Assembly: GCA_046727755.1 (NCBI GenBank) | Contig: JBKPDG010000002.1 | Location: 1 to 48,231, forward strand | Direction of reading: 5' to 3' | DNA length: 48,231 nucleotides | Source: Actinomycetota bacterium | GTDB lineage: Bacteria; Actinomycetota; Acidimicrobiia; IMCC26256; JACDBD01 | Shown: positions 7,140-17,078 of the stretch, piece after piece | Layout: each line of letters opens with the position of its first letter | Numbering within the stretch: position 1 is the first letter of the stretch | Made by a program: the position numbers and the translations under genes | The notes under the pieces: model-generated | The model's input: only the letters and a program-made list of their open reading frames with translations | Database searches by the model: none | What the model was told of the DNA's origin: nothing

Positions 7140-9349
7140 GCACCGCGGCCGTCCTGACCCTCGGACGCGTCTTCGAGTCCGGGCGGTTCGTGCTCCCCGT
7201 GGTCGTGGCGGTGCTGCTCGCGCACCTCCTCGGCTTCGTGGCGCGCACCCGCGGCTGGTCCCTCGTGGACGCGCTGTCACTGTCGATGTCAGGCCTGGCC
7301 GTGTACCTGATCTGGGTGCAGGCCCCGCACACGACGCTGTACGGCATTCCGACCGCCGATACGTTCCTCGTCCTCGCCGACCGACTCGGCGACGGCGTGC
7401 ACGAGCTGCGCACCGCCGTCGTGCCCGCCCCGGCCACCAACGGTGCGATCCTGCTCTCGGTCCTCGTGGCGTGGGTCATGGCCGCGACGGCGGACGCGCT
7501 CGCGTTCTGGCGCCGCGCCACCATCGGCGCCGTCGCCCCCGCGCTGGCGCTGTTCGTGTGGGCGTCGACGCTCGGCACCGACTCGCTGGCGACCCGCACT
7601 ACTGCCGGCTTCTTCGTCGCCGCGCTGTTGTTCCTGCTGGTCCAGCACCAGTCGCTCGTCGGACGGGGTCGGGCCGCGTTCTCGGGCCGCCGCGTGCGGG
7701 CCGGGACCACGATCATGACCCTGGGCGCGATCGCGGGCGCCGTCGCCGTGGTGGGCGGGCTCGTGCTCGGCCCCGCCCTTCCCGGCGCCGACGCCGATCC
7801 GCTGATCGACGTGCGCGGGATCGGCCCCCGCGACCGCAGCTACCGGGTCGAGCCTCCGCTGGCGCGCATCGGCGAGGACTTCGTCGGGCGCGGCCGGGTC
7901 GAGGTGTTCACGGTGCGCTCACCGCGTGAGGAGTACTGGCGCGTCGCCGCGCTCGACCGGTACGAGAGCACGAACGGCGGTCAATGGACGCTCGCCGCCC
8001 AGGGCACCGGCGAGGTGCAGGACGGGCTCCACGCCCCTGTCGACAGCAGCATGCTGCGACAGGAGTTCCACCTCACCGCACTCGCCGATCGATGGCTCCC
8101 GGCCGCCTACAAGCCGGTGCAGATCGAAGGCGGAGACGACCCGCTCGTGGTGAAGGCGTCGAGCACGCTGGTCTCGAACCGCGCTGACGTGACCGACCTC
8201 ACGTACACCGTCAACTCACGGCAACCGGCGGGGACCCTCGAACCGCTGACGCCCGCGCAGATCGACGCCACCAACGCGCCGCTTCCGTCCGAGATGCGCC
8301 GGTACACCAGGCTCCCCGCCGACTTCCCCACCGACGTACGCGACACCGCCCGAGCGTTGACCGCCGGTGCCGCCAATCCCTACGACCGCGCCCGCGCCCT
8401 CGAGCAGTTCTTCCTCGACCCGGCGCAGGGGTTCCACTACTCGCTGGACGTCGACCTCGGCGCCGACGCGCAGAGTCAGAACGCGATCAGCGAGTTCCTG
8501 CAAAGCCGCACCGGGTTCTGCGTGCAGTTCGCGAGCAGCTTCACTGCGATGGCCCGCGCGGCAGGCCTGCCGGCGCGTGTAGCGGTCGGGTACACGCCCG
8601 GGCGATACGACAGCATCTCCGGCCTCTACCGCGTGACCTCCGAGGACGCCCACGCCTGGGGCGAGGTCTGGCTCGCGGGTGTCGGGTGGACCCGCTTCGA
8701 GCCCACGCCCGACAGCGACCTCCCCGGCGGCAGCCGGCTCCCCGGAGGCGCGCGCGCGATCACGCCGTCGGCGCCGATCGCACCGGCACCGCCCACGACC
8801 GCGCCGGCCGGATCCACCCCGTCGACCACGCCCGACACCGCGCAGCCCGGCGGTACCGCGCAGGTCGACATCGACGCGCCCGCGGCCGGCCGCGATGGTG
8901 GCGGCTTCACGTTCAACTGGTGGTTCGCGGTGGCGTTGCTCGCCGGCGGCGTTGTGGGGGCGCTGATCGTCGCCGCGGTGATCGTGCTCGCCAAGCGCCG
9001 GCGCCGGAGCACCCGTCGCGATGATCCGGATCCAGCGGGCGCGATCACCGGGGCGTGGGAAGAGGTGCTCGACCGTCTGGGCGAGGCGGGCGTCGAGCGC
9101 CAACCCGCGCGCACGCCGCTCGAGCTCGCCGAGTTGGCCCCGACGCGCATCCCGGAAACCGCCGCGCCGCCGCTGCGACATCTCGCGGAGACCTACAGCG
9201 CGGCGCGGTACGGATCGGTCGCCCCGAGCGACGAGGTCGCCCGACAGGCGTGGCGCGACGCGAGCTCGGTCAGCGCGGCGTTGCGCGCCGGCGCGGGCGT
9301 CCGCGAGCGCTGGCGCCGCCGGCTCGACCCGACGCCCCTTCGCCGGTAG
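7088..9349 (+). CDS. Transglutaminase-domain membrane protein (TgpA-like; polytopic N-terminus + TGase core + DUF4129-like tail)
   Basis: The ORF-track entry 6611..9349 is over-extended. The ATG at 7088 gives MASRTSTWLSTLALAALSTAAVLTL... followed by several TM helices. The TGase core is TGFCVQFASSF...DAHAWGEVWLAGVGWTRFEPTP (Cys-His-Asp). A late TM helix and a KRRRRS stop-transfer sequence follow. It overlaps the DUF58 3' end by 52 nt. Confidence 0.9.
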   Translation: MASRTSTWLSTLALAALSTAAVLTLGRVFESGRFVLPVVVAVLLAHLLGFVARTRGWSLVDALSLSMSGLAVYLIWVQAPHTTLYGIPTADTFLVLADRLGDGVHELRTAVVPAPATNGAILLSVLVAWVMAATADALAFWRRATIGAVAPALALFVWASTLGTDSLATRTTAGFFVAALLFLLVQHQSLVGRGRAAFSGRRVRAGTTIMTLGAIAGAVAVVGGLVLGPALPGADADPLIDVRGIGPRDRSYRVEPPLARIGEDFVGRGRVEVFTVRSPREEYWRVAALDRYESTNGGQWTLAAQGTGEVQDGLHAPVDSSMLRQEFHLTALADRWLPAAYKPVQIEGGDDPLVVKASSTLVSNRADVTDLTYTVNSRQPAGTLEPLTPAQIDATNAPLPSEMRRYTRLPADFPTDVRDTARALTAGAANPYDRARALEQFFLDPAQGFHYSLDVDLGADAQSQNAISEFLQSRTGFCVQFASSFTAMARAAGLPARVAVGYTPGRYDSISGLYRVTSEDAHAWGEVWLAGVGWTRFEPTPDSDLPGGSRLPGGARAITPSAPIAPAPPTTAPAGSTPSTTPDTAQPGGTAQVDIDAPAAGRDGGGFTFNWWFAVALLAGGVVGALIVAAVIVLAKRRRRSTRRDDPDPAGAITGAWEEVLDRLGEAGVERQPARTPLELAELAPTRIPETAAPPLRHLAETYSAARYGSVAPSDEVARQAWRDASSVSAALRAGAGVRERWRRRLDPTPLRR

Positions 9350-9809
9350 CAGGCGACGCGGCGGCGCCGGGTGTGTCGGCGACGCTCCCACCGTCGCGCA
9401 AACCATCCACGAACTCCTGACGCTCGGCGTCGAACGCACGCACCTCGGCATCGACGTCGGCCGTGATCCGGTCGAGGCCGACGAAGAGCGCGAGCTGCCC
9501 GTGGCGGAGCGCGTCGAGGATCTGTCCGTCGTCTCGGCACGCCCACACCGTGTCCCCGTCGGTGACGAGCGACAGGGCCGCGACGTCGTCACCCGACTCG
9601 ACGAGATAATGGACGGCGCGGCGGATGCGGGCGAGGCTGAGACCGGCGTCGAGGAGGGACGCGACAACCCGGAGCGCCACGAGATCCTGGAACGAGTACC
9701 GCGGCGCCCGGCCTCGGGGCGGCACGACCAGGCCGATCCGCTCCCACGAGGCGAGCTGCGAGAGCGAGCAGCCGGTCACCCGGGCGGCCTGCGCGGCCGT
9801 GAAGCTCAC
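9270..9809 (-). CDS. MerR-family transcriptional regulator
   Basis: 179-aa ORF. The N-terminal HTH is FTAAQAARVTGCSLSQLASWERIGLVVPPRGRAPRYSFQDLVALRVVASLLDAGLSLARIRRAV. Confidence 0.85.
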   Translation of the reverse strand: MSFTAAQAARVTGCSLSQLASWERIGLVVPPRGRAPRYSFQDLVALRVVASLLDAGLSLARIRRAVHYLVESGDDVAALSLVTDGDTVWACRDDGQILDALRHGQLALFVGLDRITADVDAEVRAFDAERQEFVDGLRDGGSVADTPGAAASPATGEGASGRAGGASARGRPRRRATPR

Positions 9810-9822
9810 GGCGAGGCCGGGT

Positions 9823-10203
9823 TCAGGACGGGTCGTCGCGACGCCAGCGCTCGCGCCAGCGGCGCCCGGCGTTTCCGAACACGTTCTTGAGCGCCCCGGC
9901 GCGCACGGAGCCGGTGAGGTTCTCGAGGCCTGCCTTTCCCAGCTTGCGGACGTTCCGCTCGATCACGAGCAGGCACCCCAGCATGACCAGGAACCCGACG
10001 ACCCCGAGCAGCAGCACCCGGGTGAACGTGAAGAGAAGGAGAGCGAGACCGGCCACGAAGCCGACCGCAGCCCACTTGATCGCCCGGGCCGAGTGCCGGT
10101 ACAGGGTCGTCTCGGAGACCTCTTGGACCAGCCGGGGATCGGTCTCGTTGAGGTTGGCCTCGATCTCCTTGAGGATCCGCTGCTCGTCTTCCGACAGGGG
10201 CAT
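9823..10203 (-). CDS. DUF3040 domain membrane protein
   Basis: 126-aa ORF starting MPLSEDEQRILKEIEANLNETDPRL, the characteristic DUF3040 opening, followed by two TM helices. It lies 13 nt upstream of the MerR gene. Confidence 0.85.
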   Translation of the reverse strand: MPLSEDEQRILKEIEANLNETDPRLVQEVSETTLYRHSARAIKWAAVGFVAGLALLLFTFTRVLLLGVVGFLVMLGCLLVIERNVRKLGKAGLENLTGSVRAGALKNVFGNAGRRWRERWRRDDPS

Positions 10204-10302
10204 GCAATCGCCTCGAATGCCTTTTCAGCGCCTTTCGGCCTCTGCGCGTTCTGCTCCGCCTAAATGGGGTGCAGATCATTGTCGCGCGCCGTACAACCCC
10301 CC

Positions 10303-11400
10303 TCAACGCGCCCGCGTTCCGGACGATTCGTGCGAGAGGTCACACGAGACGGGGTGACCACCCGCCGCCGCGGACTGATACGCCCGGTCGACGAGCCGGT
10401 GCGCGGCGATCGCGACGCCGACGTCGGGGTTGCCCCGGGTGCGGGCGCCGTCGCGAGCCAGCGCGTCGAGGAAAGCCTTGCTCGGCTCGGCGTACTGCGC
10501 CAGCGGCTTGGCGAGCGCCTCGGCGACCTCGAACCGATCCATCCACGGCGGCGGTGGCGACTCGATCAGCTCCTCGCCGTGCCGGGTCTCGACGTGGAGG
10601 GGACCGAGGTAGTCGTCGTCGGCCCAGAGCAGCGCGTCCTCGCAGAACACCTCGAGCCGTCTCCGGGACCCGCGCGTGAGGATCTGGTGCCAGACGCTGA
10701 CGATCGTCGCGGTCGACCCGTCTCCGTAGCTGAACGTCACGGTGGTGGCGTCGTCGATGCCGGGGTGCTCGAACATCGATGCCGTGCGCGCCGTCACCTC
10801 CCGCGGCTCGCCGGCCGCGGCGCCGAGCACCCAGCGCAACACGTCCACGTCGTGGATCGAGTGCTCGAGCAGCGTCCCGCCGCCGGCCTTTTCCACGTCG
10901 GCGCGCCATGCCGATGCATAGAAGCCCTGGATCGGGAAGTACTGGTCGTCCCGGAGGATGGTCGTGAGGGGTCGCCCGTACCTGCCGCCGGCGACGAGGT
11001 CGGCGGCGGCGCGAAAGACCGGTGCGTGGCGGAGCACCAGCCCGACCTGGTGCGGGAGCCGAGCGAGGACGCGGGCGAGGCGCTCGGCGTCCACCAACGT
11101 CGGCGCGAGGGGCTTCTCGCAGAACACCGCGCGTGACTGCTCGCCCGCCGCGCACACGGCCTCCGAGTGCGCCGCCGTCCACGTGCACACCCACACGACG
11201 TCGACGTCGGCGACGAGATCGTCGAGCTGCTTGTAGGCGCGGGCGTCGTGATGCCGGGCGAGCTCGACGGCCCGGCCCGGCTCGGTGTCGAAGGTCGCCG
11301 CGACGCGGGCGTCGATCAGGCCCCCGTCGCCGAGCTGGCGGAGCGCGAACGAGTGCACGGTGCCGATGTGCCCACACCCGACGATCCCGATGCGGATCAC
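10303..11400 (-). CDS. Gfo/Idh/MocA-family NAD(P)-dependent oxidoreductase
   Basis: The ORF-track start (11538) is over-extended and antisense-like. The GTG at 11400 gives VIRIGIVGCGHIGTVHSFAL (Rossmann GxGxxG) ...VFCEKPLA. This GTG overlaps the dinB TGA (GTGA, 11397-11400). Confidence 0.85.
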   Translation of the reverse strand: MIRIGIVGCGHIGTVHSFALRQLGDGGLIDARVAATFDTEPGRAVELARHHDARAYKQLDDLVADVDVVWVCTWTAAHSEAVCAAGEQSRAVFCEKPLAPTLVDAERLARVLARLPHQVGLVLRHAPVFRAAADLVAGGRYGRPLTTILRDDQYFPIQGFYASAWRADVEKAGGGTLLEHSIHDVDVLRWVLGAAAGEPREVTARTASMFEHPGIDDATTVTFSYGDGSTATIVSVWHQILTRGSRRRLEVFCEDALLWADDDYLGPLHVETRHGEELIESPPPPWMDRFEVAEALAKPLAQYAEPSKAFLDALARDGARTRGNPDVGVAIAAHRLVDRAYQSAAAGGHPVSCDLSHESSGTRAR

Positions 11401-12647
11401 GCGCCGGCTCCGGGCTCCGGCTCGGCGTGCGCACCCCGGTCGAGGAGCGCGGCGGCACCGACGGCATCGTCGCCGAAGCGCCGCCGTACCGCATCCATCG
11501 AATCCTCGACGGCGCGACGCCGCGAGTCGCTGCCACATGCGGCGCCGCCATCCATGTCGAGTGGCAGCTGATCGGACGCGTTGTCGTCACCGTCGTGCGC
11601 GTCGACGTCGCGCAACTGCTGCATCGCGACGCCGAGCAGCCTGATCCCGTCGCCGATCTCGACGGCGTCGAGCAGCGCGCGGGCGACGCCGGCGATGTCG
11701 GCGGCCAGGTTTGTCCGCTCGGGCAGGGTGCGCGATCTCGTGATGGTGCGGAAGCTCTTGTAGCGCAGCTTGAGCTGGACGGTCCGCCCTGCCCGCCGAC
11801 CGTCGCGGAGCCGCTCGGCGACGCGCTCGGACATCCGCAACACCTCTCGTTCGAGAGTTTCCCGGTCTGTGATGTCGGTTGGGAACGTCTCCTCGTGACC
11901 GACGGACTTCACTTCTCGCGAGGGCTGGACCGGGCGATCGTCGCGATTCCACGCCAACGAATACAGGTGATGCCCGTGGGATTCACCGAGTGCGTGCACG
12001 AGCGTCTCCTCGGGCAGCGCGGCGAGGTCGCCGATCGTGCGTATGCCGAGTTGTGCGAGGCGCTCCCCCGTCTTCGGTCCCACGCCCCACAGCCTTCGCA
12101 CCTCGAGCGGGTGGATGAAGTCGATCTCGGTGCCGGCCTCGACGACGAGCATCCCATCGGGCTTGGCCAGATCGCTCGCAAGCTTGGCGACGAACTTGGT
12201 GCTCGCGACGCCGACCGACGCCACCAGCCCGGTCTCGTCCTTGATGCGCCGTCGCAGCATCATGGCGATCTCGGGTGCGGAGCCGTGCAATCGCCTGGCG
12301 CCACCGACGTCGAGGAACGCCTCGTCGAGCGCGAGCGGTTCGACCATCGGGGTGGCGGCGCGCAGGATCGCCATCACCGATTCGCTCGCCTCGCCGTAGG
12401 CGTCGAAGCGCGGCGCGAGGAAGATCCCGTCCGGGCACGCTCGCCGGGCCCGCCCCATGGGCATGGCCGAATGCACGCCGTACCGGCGCGCCTCGTAGCT
12501 AGCGGCGGCGACGACTCCTCGCCGTCCGAGCCCGCCGACGATGACCGGCCGGCCCCGGAGGGACGGATCCGCGAGCTCCTCGACCGACGCGTAGAACGCG
12601 TCGAGGTCGAGATGGAGGATCGTGAGCTCAGTCGCGGACGGCGCCAT
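11397..12647 (-). CDS. dinB: DNA polymerase IV (Y-family)
   Basis: 416-aa ORF containing ILHLDLDAFYASVEELADPSLRGRPVIVGG...SYEARRYGVHSAMP...EPLALDEAFLDV, which are the canonical DinB motifs. Confidence 0.95.
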   Translation of the reverse strand: MAPSATELTILHLDLDAFYASVEELADPSLRGRPVIVGGLGRRGVVAAASYEARRYGVHSAMPMGRARRACPDGIFLAPRFDAYGEASESVMAILRAATPMVEPLALDEAFLDVGGARRLHGSAPEIAMMLRRRIKDETGLVASVGVASTKFVAKLASDLAKPDGMLVVEAGTEIDFIHPLEVRRLWGVGPKTGERLAQLGIRTIGDLAALPEETLVHALGESHGHHLYSLAWNRDDRPVQPSREVKSVGHEETFPTDITDRETLEREVLRMSERVAERLRDGRRAGRTVQLKLRYKSFRTITRSRTLPERTNLAADIAGVARALLDAVEIGDGIRLLGVAMQQLRDVDAHDGDDNASDQLPLDMDGGAACGSDSRRRAVEDSMDAVRRRFGDDAVGAAALLDRGAHAEPEPGAGA

Positions 12648-13158
12648 CGCGATCCGTGCGCGTCACCTCGAGCTCGGCGCGCGCCGTGCCGCGAACCTCG
12701 TAGGAGTAGCGGCGCACGCTCTCGGGACCCCACGGGTCGGCGAGCCATTCCGCGATCGGCTCCCCCACCCACTGGTGACAGCGCTCGATCATCGTCGCCG
12801 CGTCGGCGGCGGTGACGAAGGCGGCTTCGACCACGATCCCGTCCGGGTCGGCGACCTGCACCTCGCCCTCGAAGTCGACGGCGCGGTGGACCTCGCAGCG
12901 CATGACCCAACCGAGGTCCGGCGCCACCGCCTCGACCTCGTAGAGCGGCCCCTCCCAACACGTGACCCGTAGCCCCGTCTCCTCTTGGACCTCGCGCGTC
13001 AGGCCGTCGAGGATGGAGCCGTCGTCGGTGTCGATGACCCCACCCGGCGTGCTCCAGTCCTCGTGACCGCCGCGCCGCTGGTTGCGGACGAAGAGCAGGC
13101 GACCGTCGGACTCGACCAGGGCGCCAGCGACCAGCCACTCGCGCACCGTCTCGGCCAT
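12628..13158 (-). CDS. NUDIX hydrolase
   Basis: NUDIX box GGVIDTDDGSILDGLTREVQEETGL. I chose the internal ATG at 13158 (MAETVREWLVAGALVE...) rather than the ORF-track 13377. The stop overlaps the dinB start by 20 nt. Confidence 0.8.
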   Translation of the reverse strand: MAETVREWLVAGALVESDGRLLFVRNQRRGGHEDWSTPGGVIDTDDGSILDGLTREVQEETGLRVTCWEGPLYEVEAVAPDLGWVMRCEVHRAVDFEGEVQVADPDGIVVEAAFVTAADAATMIERCHQWVGEPIAEWLADPWGPESVRRYSYEVRGTARAELEVTRTDRDGAVRD

Positions 13159-13216
13159 CCCGTCAGTGTGGCACGCGCATGGTTGACGAGCAGTCGACCG
13201 CCATACGATCCGGCGG

Positions 13217-13543
13217 ATGGACGACGAGCCGGCGAGCAACGGCGTTGACGGCGCGGGCGAATCGGGCCAGCCCGGTGATGCGGGCAACTCGATCGTTCCG
13301 GCCGGGCTTCCGTCCCGCGGCGCGTACGTCCTCGCGTTCCTGAGCGTCGTCCTCGCCGGCGCGTTCGGCGGGATCATCGGTTACGGCCTCGTCGACATCG
13401 GCTGCTCGGGCGACTGCGGTGTCGCCGTGATCGGCGGGCTCGTAGTCGGAGCGCTCATCGGTGCGATCGGCGTCGGGGTCGTCGCCGTGCTCGTGCTGCG
13501 GGCCATGGCCGAGTGGCAACGCGGCGGGAAGCGGGCGCGCTAG
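13217..13543 (+). CDS. Small hypothetical membrane protein (2 Gly-rich TM helices)
   Basis: 108-aa ORF with an acidic/Gly N-terminus, then YVLAFLSVVLAGAFGGIIGYGLV and VIGGLVVGALIGAIGVGVVAVLVL. A TACGAT -10-like hexamer at 13204-13209 sits 8 nt before the ATG, so the transcript may be leaderless. Confidence 0.5.
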   Translation: MDDEPASNGVDGAGESGQPGDAGNSIVPAGLPSRGAYVLAFLSVVLAGAFGGIIGYGLVDIGCSGDCGVAVIGGLVVGALIGAIGVGVVAVLVLRAMAEWQRGGKRAR

Positions 13544-13553
13544 CAGCTTTTAA

Positions 13554-14273
13554 TCAGCCGCCGAAGCTCAGCCGGCGGAAGCCTTCGGCGTAGGAGACGC
13601 CGGCTTCGCGTCCCGCCTCTTCAGCGCGGTCGCGCAGGAACTGACGGAACCATTCGCCCGTCTCGGTGAGCTGGCTCGCGTGGCAGAAGAGCGCGTCGAT
13701 CTTGCGCTCGAGGGTGTCGCTGATGTCGACCCAGCAGTTCGGCTCCAACGTGCCCGAGAGGTACACGGCCTGCACGTGATGCACCTCGAGCCCCTCGGCG
13801 AGGTGGTCGGCGAAGTAGTGCGGGTTCCCGGCCGCCGGCGCGACGGCATCGAGCGCGGCCCAGCCGGTGACGCGGTGGTCGCGGTGGTTGTAGTACCGGT
13901 CGCCGAAGAACACCGCCGTCGGATCGGGGCACAGCACGACCTGGGGACGCAGCTCTCGCACGTACCGGGTGATGGCCGCGCGCAGCTGCTGGTCGTCGGG
14001 CAACTCGCCGTCCTCGTAGCCGAGGTGGAAGTGCCCGGTGAAGCCGAGGAGCGCGGCGGCTTTCGCCGTCTCCTCCACTCGGAGGCGGGCGAGCTCCGCG
14101 AGATCGGCGTCGGGATCCTGGGTCCCTTTGTCGCCCCGGGTCGTGATGAGCACCGACACGTCGGCGCCCGCCTCGGCCCACGCCGCGAGCGTGCCCCCGG
14201 CCGAGATCTCGGGGTCGTCGGGATGCGCGTAGACGGCCAGCGCACTGGCCGGAATCTCCGCGTCGATCGGCAT
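13554..14273 (-). CDS. PIG-L/LmbE-family N-acetylglucosaminyl deacetylase
   Basis: 239-aa ORF containing AVYAHPDDPEISAGGTLAAWAEAGADVSVLITTRGDKG plus a downstream HxDH region (NHRDHR). Confidence 0.9.
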   Translation of the reverse strand: MPIDAEIPASALAVYAHPDDPEISAGGTLAAWAEAGADVSVLITTRGDKGTQDPDADLAELARLRVEETAKAAALLGFTGHFHLGYEDGELPDDQQLRAAITRYVRELRPQVVLCPDPTAVFFGDRYYNHRDHRVTGWAALDAVAPAAGNPHYFADHLAEGLEVHHVQAVYLSGTLEPNCWVDISDTLERKIDALFCHASQLTETGEWFRQFLRDRAEEAGREAGVSYAEGFRRLSFGG

Positions 14274-14298
14274 CCGGCGCCCAGGCTACCGGGCGGCG

Positions 14299-15096
14299 CT
14301 ACCAGGTGAGCTCGAGCACCTGCCGCATCGTCGCCTCGAAGGTCTCGTCGTCCATCGTGCTGCGCGCCGCCAGGACCATCTCCGCGTCGGCGCCGACGGG
14401 CCAGCGCAGTTTCTGCTCGGTGCCCTCGACGGCGTCGGCGATCACCTGGGCGACAGGCTCCGCGCCGGACGGCGCCTCGCCGCCGCGCAGCTTCTCGAAC
14501 GCGACCGCCCATTGCCGGTCGAGCTCGTCGTACGGAGGCGCGTCGAGGCCGAAGCGGGGCTCCTTGCCCTGGAACTCGGTCTCGAAGAAACCGGGCTCGA
14601 CGAGCGCGATTCGGATGCCGAAGTGGCCGACCTCGTAGTGGAGCGCCTCGGACACGGCTTCCAGCGCGTGCTTCGTCGCCGAGTACGCGCCTCCGGTCGG
14701 TGGTGTCACGAGTCCGGCCAGGGATGTCACGTTGACGATCGTCCCTTCGCCCCGCTCGCGCATCTGGGGCAACACGGCCTGGGTCATGCGCACGGCACCG
14801 AGGACGTTCGTCTCGAACATCCGCCGGAACTCGTTCAACGGCACGTGCTCGATGGGGCCCGTGATCCCGAAGCCGGCGTTGTTCACCAGTGCGTCGACCC
14901 GTCCTGCGTTGCTCACAGCCTCGGCGACGGACGCGTCGTCGTCGACGTCCAAGCGAAGCTTCTCGCTCACGTCCAAGTCGTCCAACGTCTCGGGACGGCG
15001 CGCGGTCGCGAGCACCTCGTGGCCCCGTTTGGTGAGCTCGACGGCGGTCGCACGACCGAAGCCCGTCGAACAGCCGGTGATGAGTACCCGTCCCAT
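14299..15096 (-). CDS. Short-chain dehydrogenase/reductase (SDR)
   Basis: The ORF-track entry 14299..16155 is fused to an antisense frame. The ATG at 15096 gives [21 protein letters not shown] (TGxxxGxG) ...NNAG... YSATKHALE (YxxxK). Confidence 0.9.
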   Translation of the reverse strand: MGRVLITGCSTGFGRATAVELTKRGHEVLATARRPETLDDLDVSEKLRLDVDDDASVAEAVSNAGRVDALVNNAGFGITGPIEHVPLNEFRRMFETNVLGAVRMTQAVLPQMRERGEGTIVNVTSLAGLVTPPTGGAYSATKHALEAVSEALHYEVGHFGIRIALVEPGFFETEFQGKEPRFGLDAPPYDELDRQWAVAFEKLRGGEAPSGAEPVAQVIADAVEGTEQKLRWPVGADAEMVLAARSTMDDETFEATMRQVLELTW

Positions 15097-15113
15097 GCGT
15101 CTCCCCTGCTCCC

Positions 15114-16151
15114 CTAGCCGTGCGCGATGCCGGCGAGCGTCTTGAGCACGCGCTCGAGATCGGCGTCGTCGACGTCCTTGTGGGTCACGAACCGTACTGT
15201 TCGGGTGTCGATCGTGCCCGCCCGGATGCCGTCGGCGTCGAGCCGTTCGAGCAGATCCGCCGGCAACCGGTCGGCCGCCGCGCAGACCATGTTCGTCTCG
15301 ACCGCGTCGGGCGCGACCGAGCCCGGCCACCGCTCGGCGACGGCGTCGGCCAGCCGGCGCGCCCGGCGGTGGTCGTCGGCGAGGCGCTCGATCATCGAGT
15401 CCAGCGCGACCAATCCCGCCGCCGCGATCACGCCCGCTTGCCGCATGGCGCCGCCGAGGCGCTGACGGTGCTCGCGTGCCTCCCGAATCACCTCGCGGGG
15501 ACCACAGAGGACCGATCCCACCGGCGCGCCGAGACCCTTCGACACGCAGAACATCACCGCCGTCGCCGGCGCGACGAGATCTCGAGCCGGCACACCGAGC
15601 GCGACCGACGCGTTCCAGATGCGCGCGCCGTCGCAATAGAGCGCGACGTCGTGCCGTTCGCCGACCGCGCCGACCGTCGCCACCTCCTCGGTCCGCCACG
15701 GCCGCCCGCAGGTCGGCATATGCGTGTTCTCGATCGCGATCAGCGAGACGGCCGGCGCGTGGTGCCCGGAGTCCTGAATCGTCTCCTCGAGTGCGTGAAT
15801 GTCGAGGAGCCCGTCGTCGTCCGGGAACGGGTGCAGCTGCACGGCCGAGTTCCACGCCGCCGCCGCCGCCTCGTACCGGAACACGTGTGCGCGCCCCGCG
15901 CACAGCACCTCGGTACCCGGGCGGGCGAGCACCCGCAACGCGAGCTGGTTGGCCATCGTCCCCGACGGGACGTACAAGGCCGCCTCCTTGCCGAGGAGCT
16001 CGGCGGCGCGCTCCTGGAAGCGGTTGATCGTGGGGTCCTCGCCGTAGACGTCGTCCCCCACCTCGGCGTCGGCCATGGCGCGTCGCATATCGGATGTCGG
16101 CGTGGTGACCGTGTCGGAGCGGAGATCGATCCGCCCGTCGGGAGATGCCAT
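15114..16151 (-). CDS. ltaE: Low-specificity L-threonine aldolase (PLP-dependent)
   Basis: 345-aa ORF containing [64 protein letters not shown] and VSKGLGAP (Lys-PLP). Confidence 0.9.
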   Translation of the reverse strand: MASPDGRIDLRSDTVTTPTSDMRRAMADAEVGDDVYGEDPTINRFQERAAELLGKEAALYVPSGTMANQLALRVLARPGTEVLCAGRAHVFRYEAAAAAWNSAVQLHPFPDDDGLLDIHALEETIQDSGHHAPAVSLIAIENTHMPTCGRPWRTEEVATVGAVGERHDVALYCDGARIWNASVALGVPARDLVAPATAVMFCVSKGLGAPVGSVLCGPREVIREAREHRQRLGGAMRQAGVIAAAGLVALDSMIERLADDHRRARRLADAVAERWPGSVAPDAVETNMVCAAADRLPADLLERLDADGIRAGTIDTRTVRFVTHKDVDDADLERVLKTLAGIAHG

Positions 16152-16173
16152 ACATGAAGAGGCTATGCGTCGA

Positions 16174-17040
16174 TCACTGGCCGGCGATCGGGCGGATCAG
16201 ACCTTCCTGGATCACCGTGATCGCCAGCGTGCCGTCGCGACAGAAGATCGAGCCCTGCGCCAGGCCGCGAGCGCGCGACGCGTTCGGGCTGGTCTGGTGG
16301 TACAGGAGCCACTCGTCGGCGCGGAACGGGCGGTGGAACCACATCGCGTGGTCCAGGCTGGCGATCATGTACTGCTGCTCTCGATACGAGATCGCGTGGG
16401 GGAACATCGCGGTGTCGAGCAACGTCAGATCCGATGCGTACGCCACCACGCACTCGTGGATGAGCGGCGCGGTCGGGAGCGCGCCGTTTGCCTTGATCCA
16501 AACGTCCTGCTCCGGTTCCCGCGGCGTCGGGTCCAGCCACCGCGGATCGTCCACCGGTCTCGAGTCGATCGGCCGCTCGCGCACGAGCCATTGGGCGAGG
16601 TCGGGGCCGAGCCGTTCGAGGTACGGCTCGACGCGCTGTTGCCACGTCGGCAGCTCGTCGGGGTCGGGGACAGCCGGCATCGGCATCTGGTGGTCAGGCC
16701 CGTTCTCGACGACCTGGAACGACGCGGCCAGGTTGAAGATCGCGCGCCCGTGTTGGATTGCGACGACGCGTCGGGTCGTGAAGCTCTTACCGTCCCGGAT
16801 CCGGTCGACCTCGTAGACGATCGGCACGTTCGGGTCGCCCGGTCGCAGGAAGTACGCGTGGAGCGAGTGCACAGGTCGGTCGTCGCCGACGGTCCGGCCC
16901 GCCGCCACGAGCGCCTGCGCCGCCACCTGCCCGCCGAAGACCCGCTGTCGGTCCTCGTGCGGGCTCAGACCCCGAAAGAGGTTGACCTCGAGCGCCTCGA
17001 GCTCGAGCAGCGCCAGCAGCTCGTCGAGCGCGTCACCCAT
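16174..17040 (-). CDS. tesB: Acyl-CoA thioesterase II
   Basis: 288-aa ORF of double-hotdog TesB type: [14 protein letters not shown]...[11 protein letters not shown]...[13 protein letters not shown]...[19 protein letters not shown]...[12 protein letters not shown]. Confidence 0.9.
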   Translation of the reverse strand: MGDALDELLALLELEALEVNLFRGLSPHEDRQRVFGGQVAAQALVAAGRTVGDDRPVHSLHAYFLRPGDPNVPIVYEVDRIRDGKSFTTRRVVAIQHGRAIFNLAASFQVVENGPDHQMPMPAVPDPDELPTWQQRVEPYLERLGPDLAQWLVRERPIDSRPVDDPRWLDPTPREPEQDVWIKANGALPTAPLIHECVVAYASDLTLLDTAMFPHAISYREQQYMIASLDHAMWFHRPFRADEWLLYHQTSPNASRARGLAQGSIFCRDGTLAITVIQEGLIRPIAGQ

Positions 17041-17078
17041 GCTTGCTCCTCGTGTTCGTCACTCCGCGCACGCCGGGA

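Noticed and set aside
6611-9349. N-terminally over-extended ORF-track entries: 6611 for tgpA, 11538 for the oxidoreductase, 13377 for NUDIX, 16155 for SDR, 18309 for glpK, 24975 for echA, 26039 for the thioesterase, 36509 for MFS, 40357 for DUF35, 42450 for the anti-sigma and 45105 for the amidohydrolase.
   Set aside because: The extensions overlap upstream genes, are Arg-rich low-complexity sequence, and precede internal starts that have SD sequences or start/stop coupling. I used the internal starts.
4042-9349. HNH nuclease + AAA+ ATPase + vWA-like + transglutaminase as a possible novel anti-phage defence island.
   Set aside because: No mobile-element hallmarks and no compositional shift are visible. 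The genes sit next to the dcw cluster, and the MoxR-DUF58-TGase triad is a widespread conserved housekeeping module. It is kept only as a low-to-medium-interest finding.
9270-9349. 80-nt convergent overlap of the transglutaminase and MerR 3' ends as a possible antisense regulatory arrangement.
   Set aside because: The MerR C-terminal tail encoded there is low-complexity (Gly/Ala/Arg-rich). It probably reflects the late chance position of a stop codon in G+C-rich DNA, and no structure or motif supports a function.
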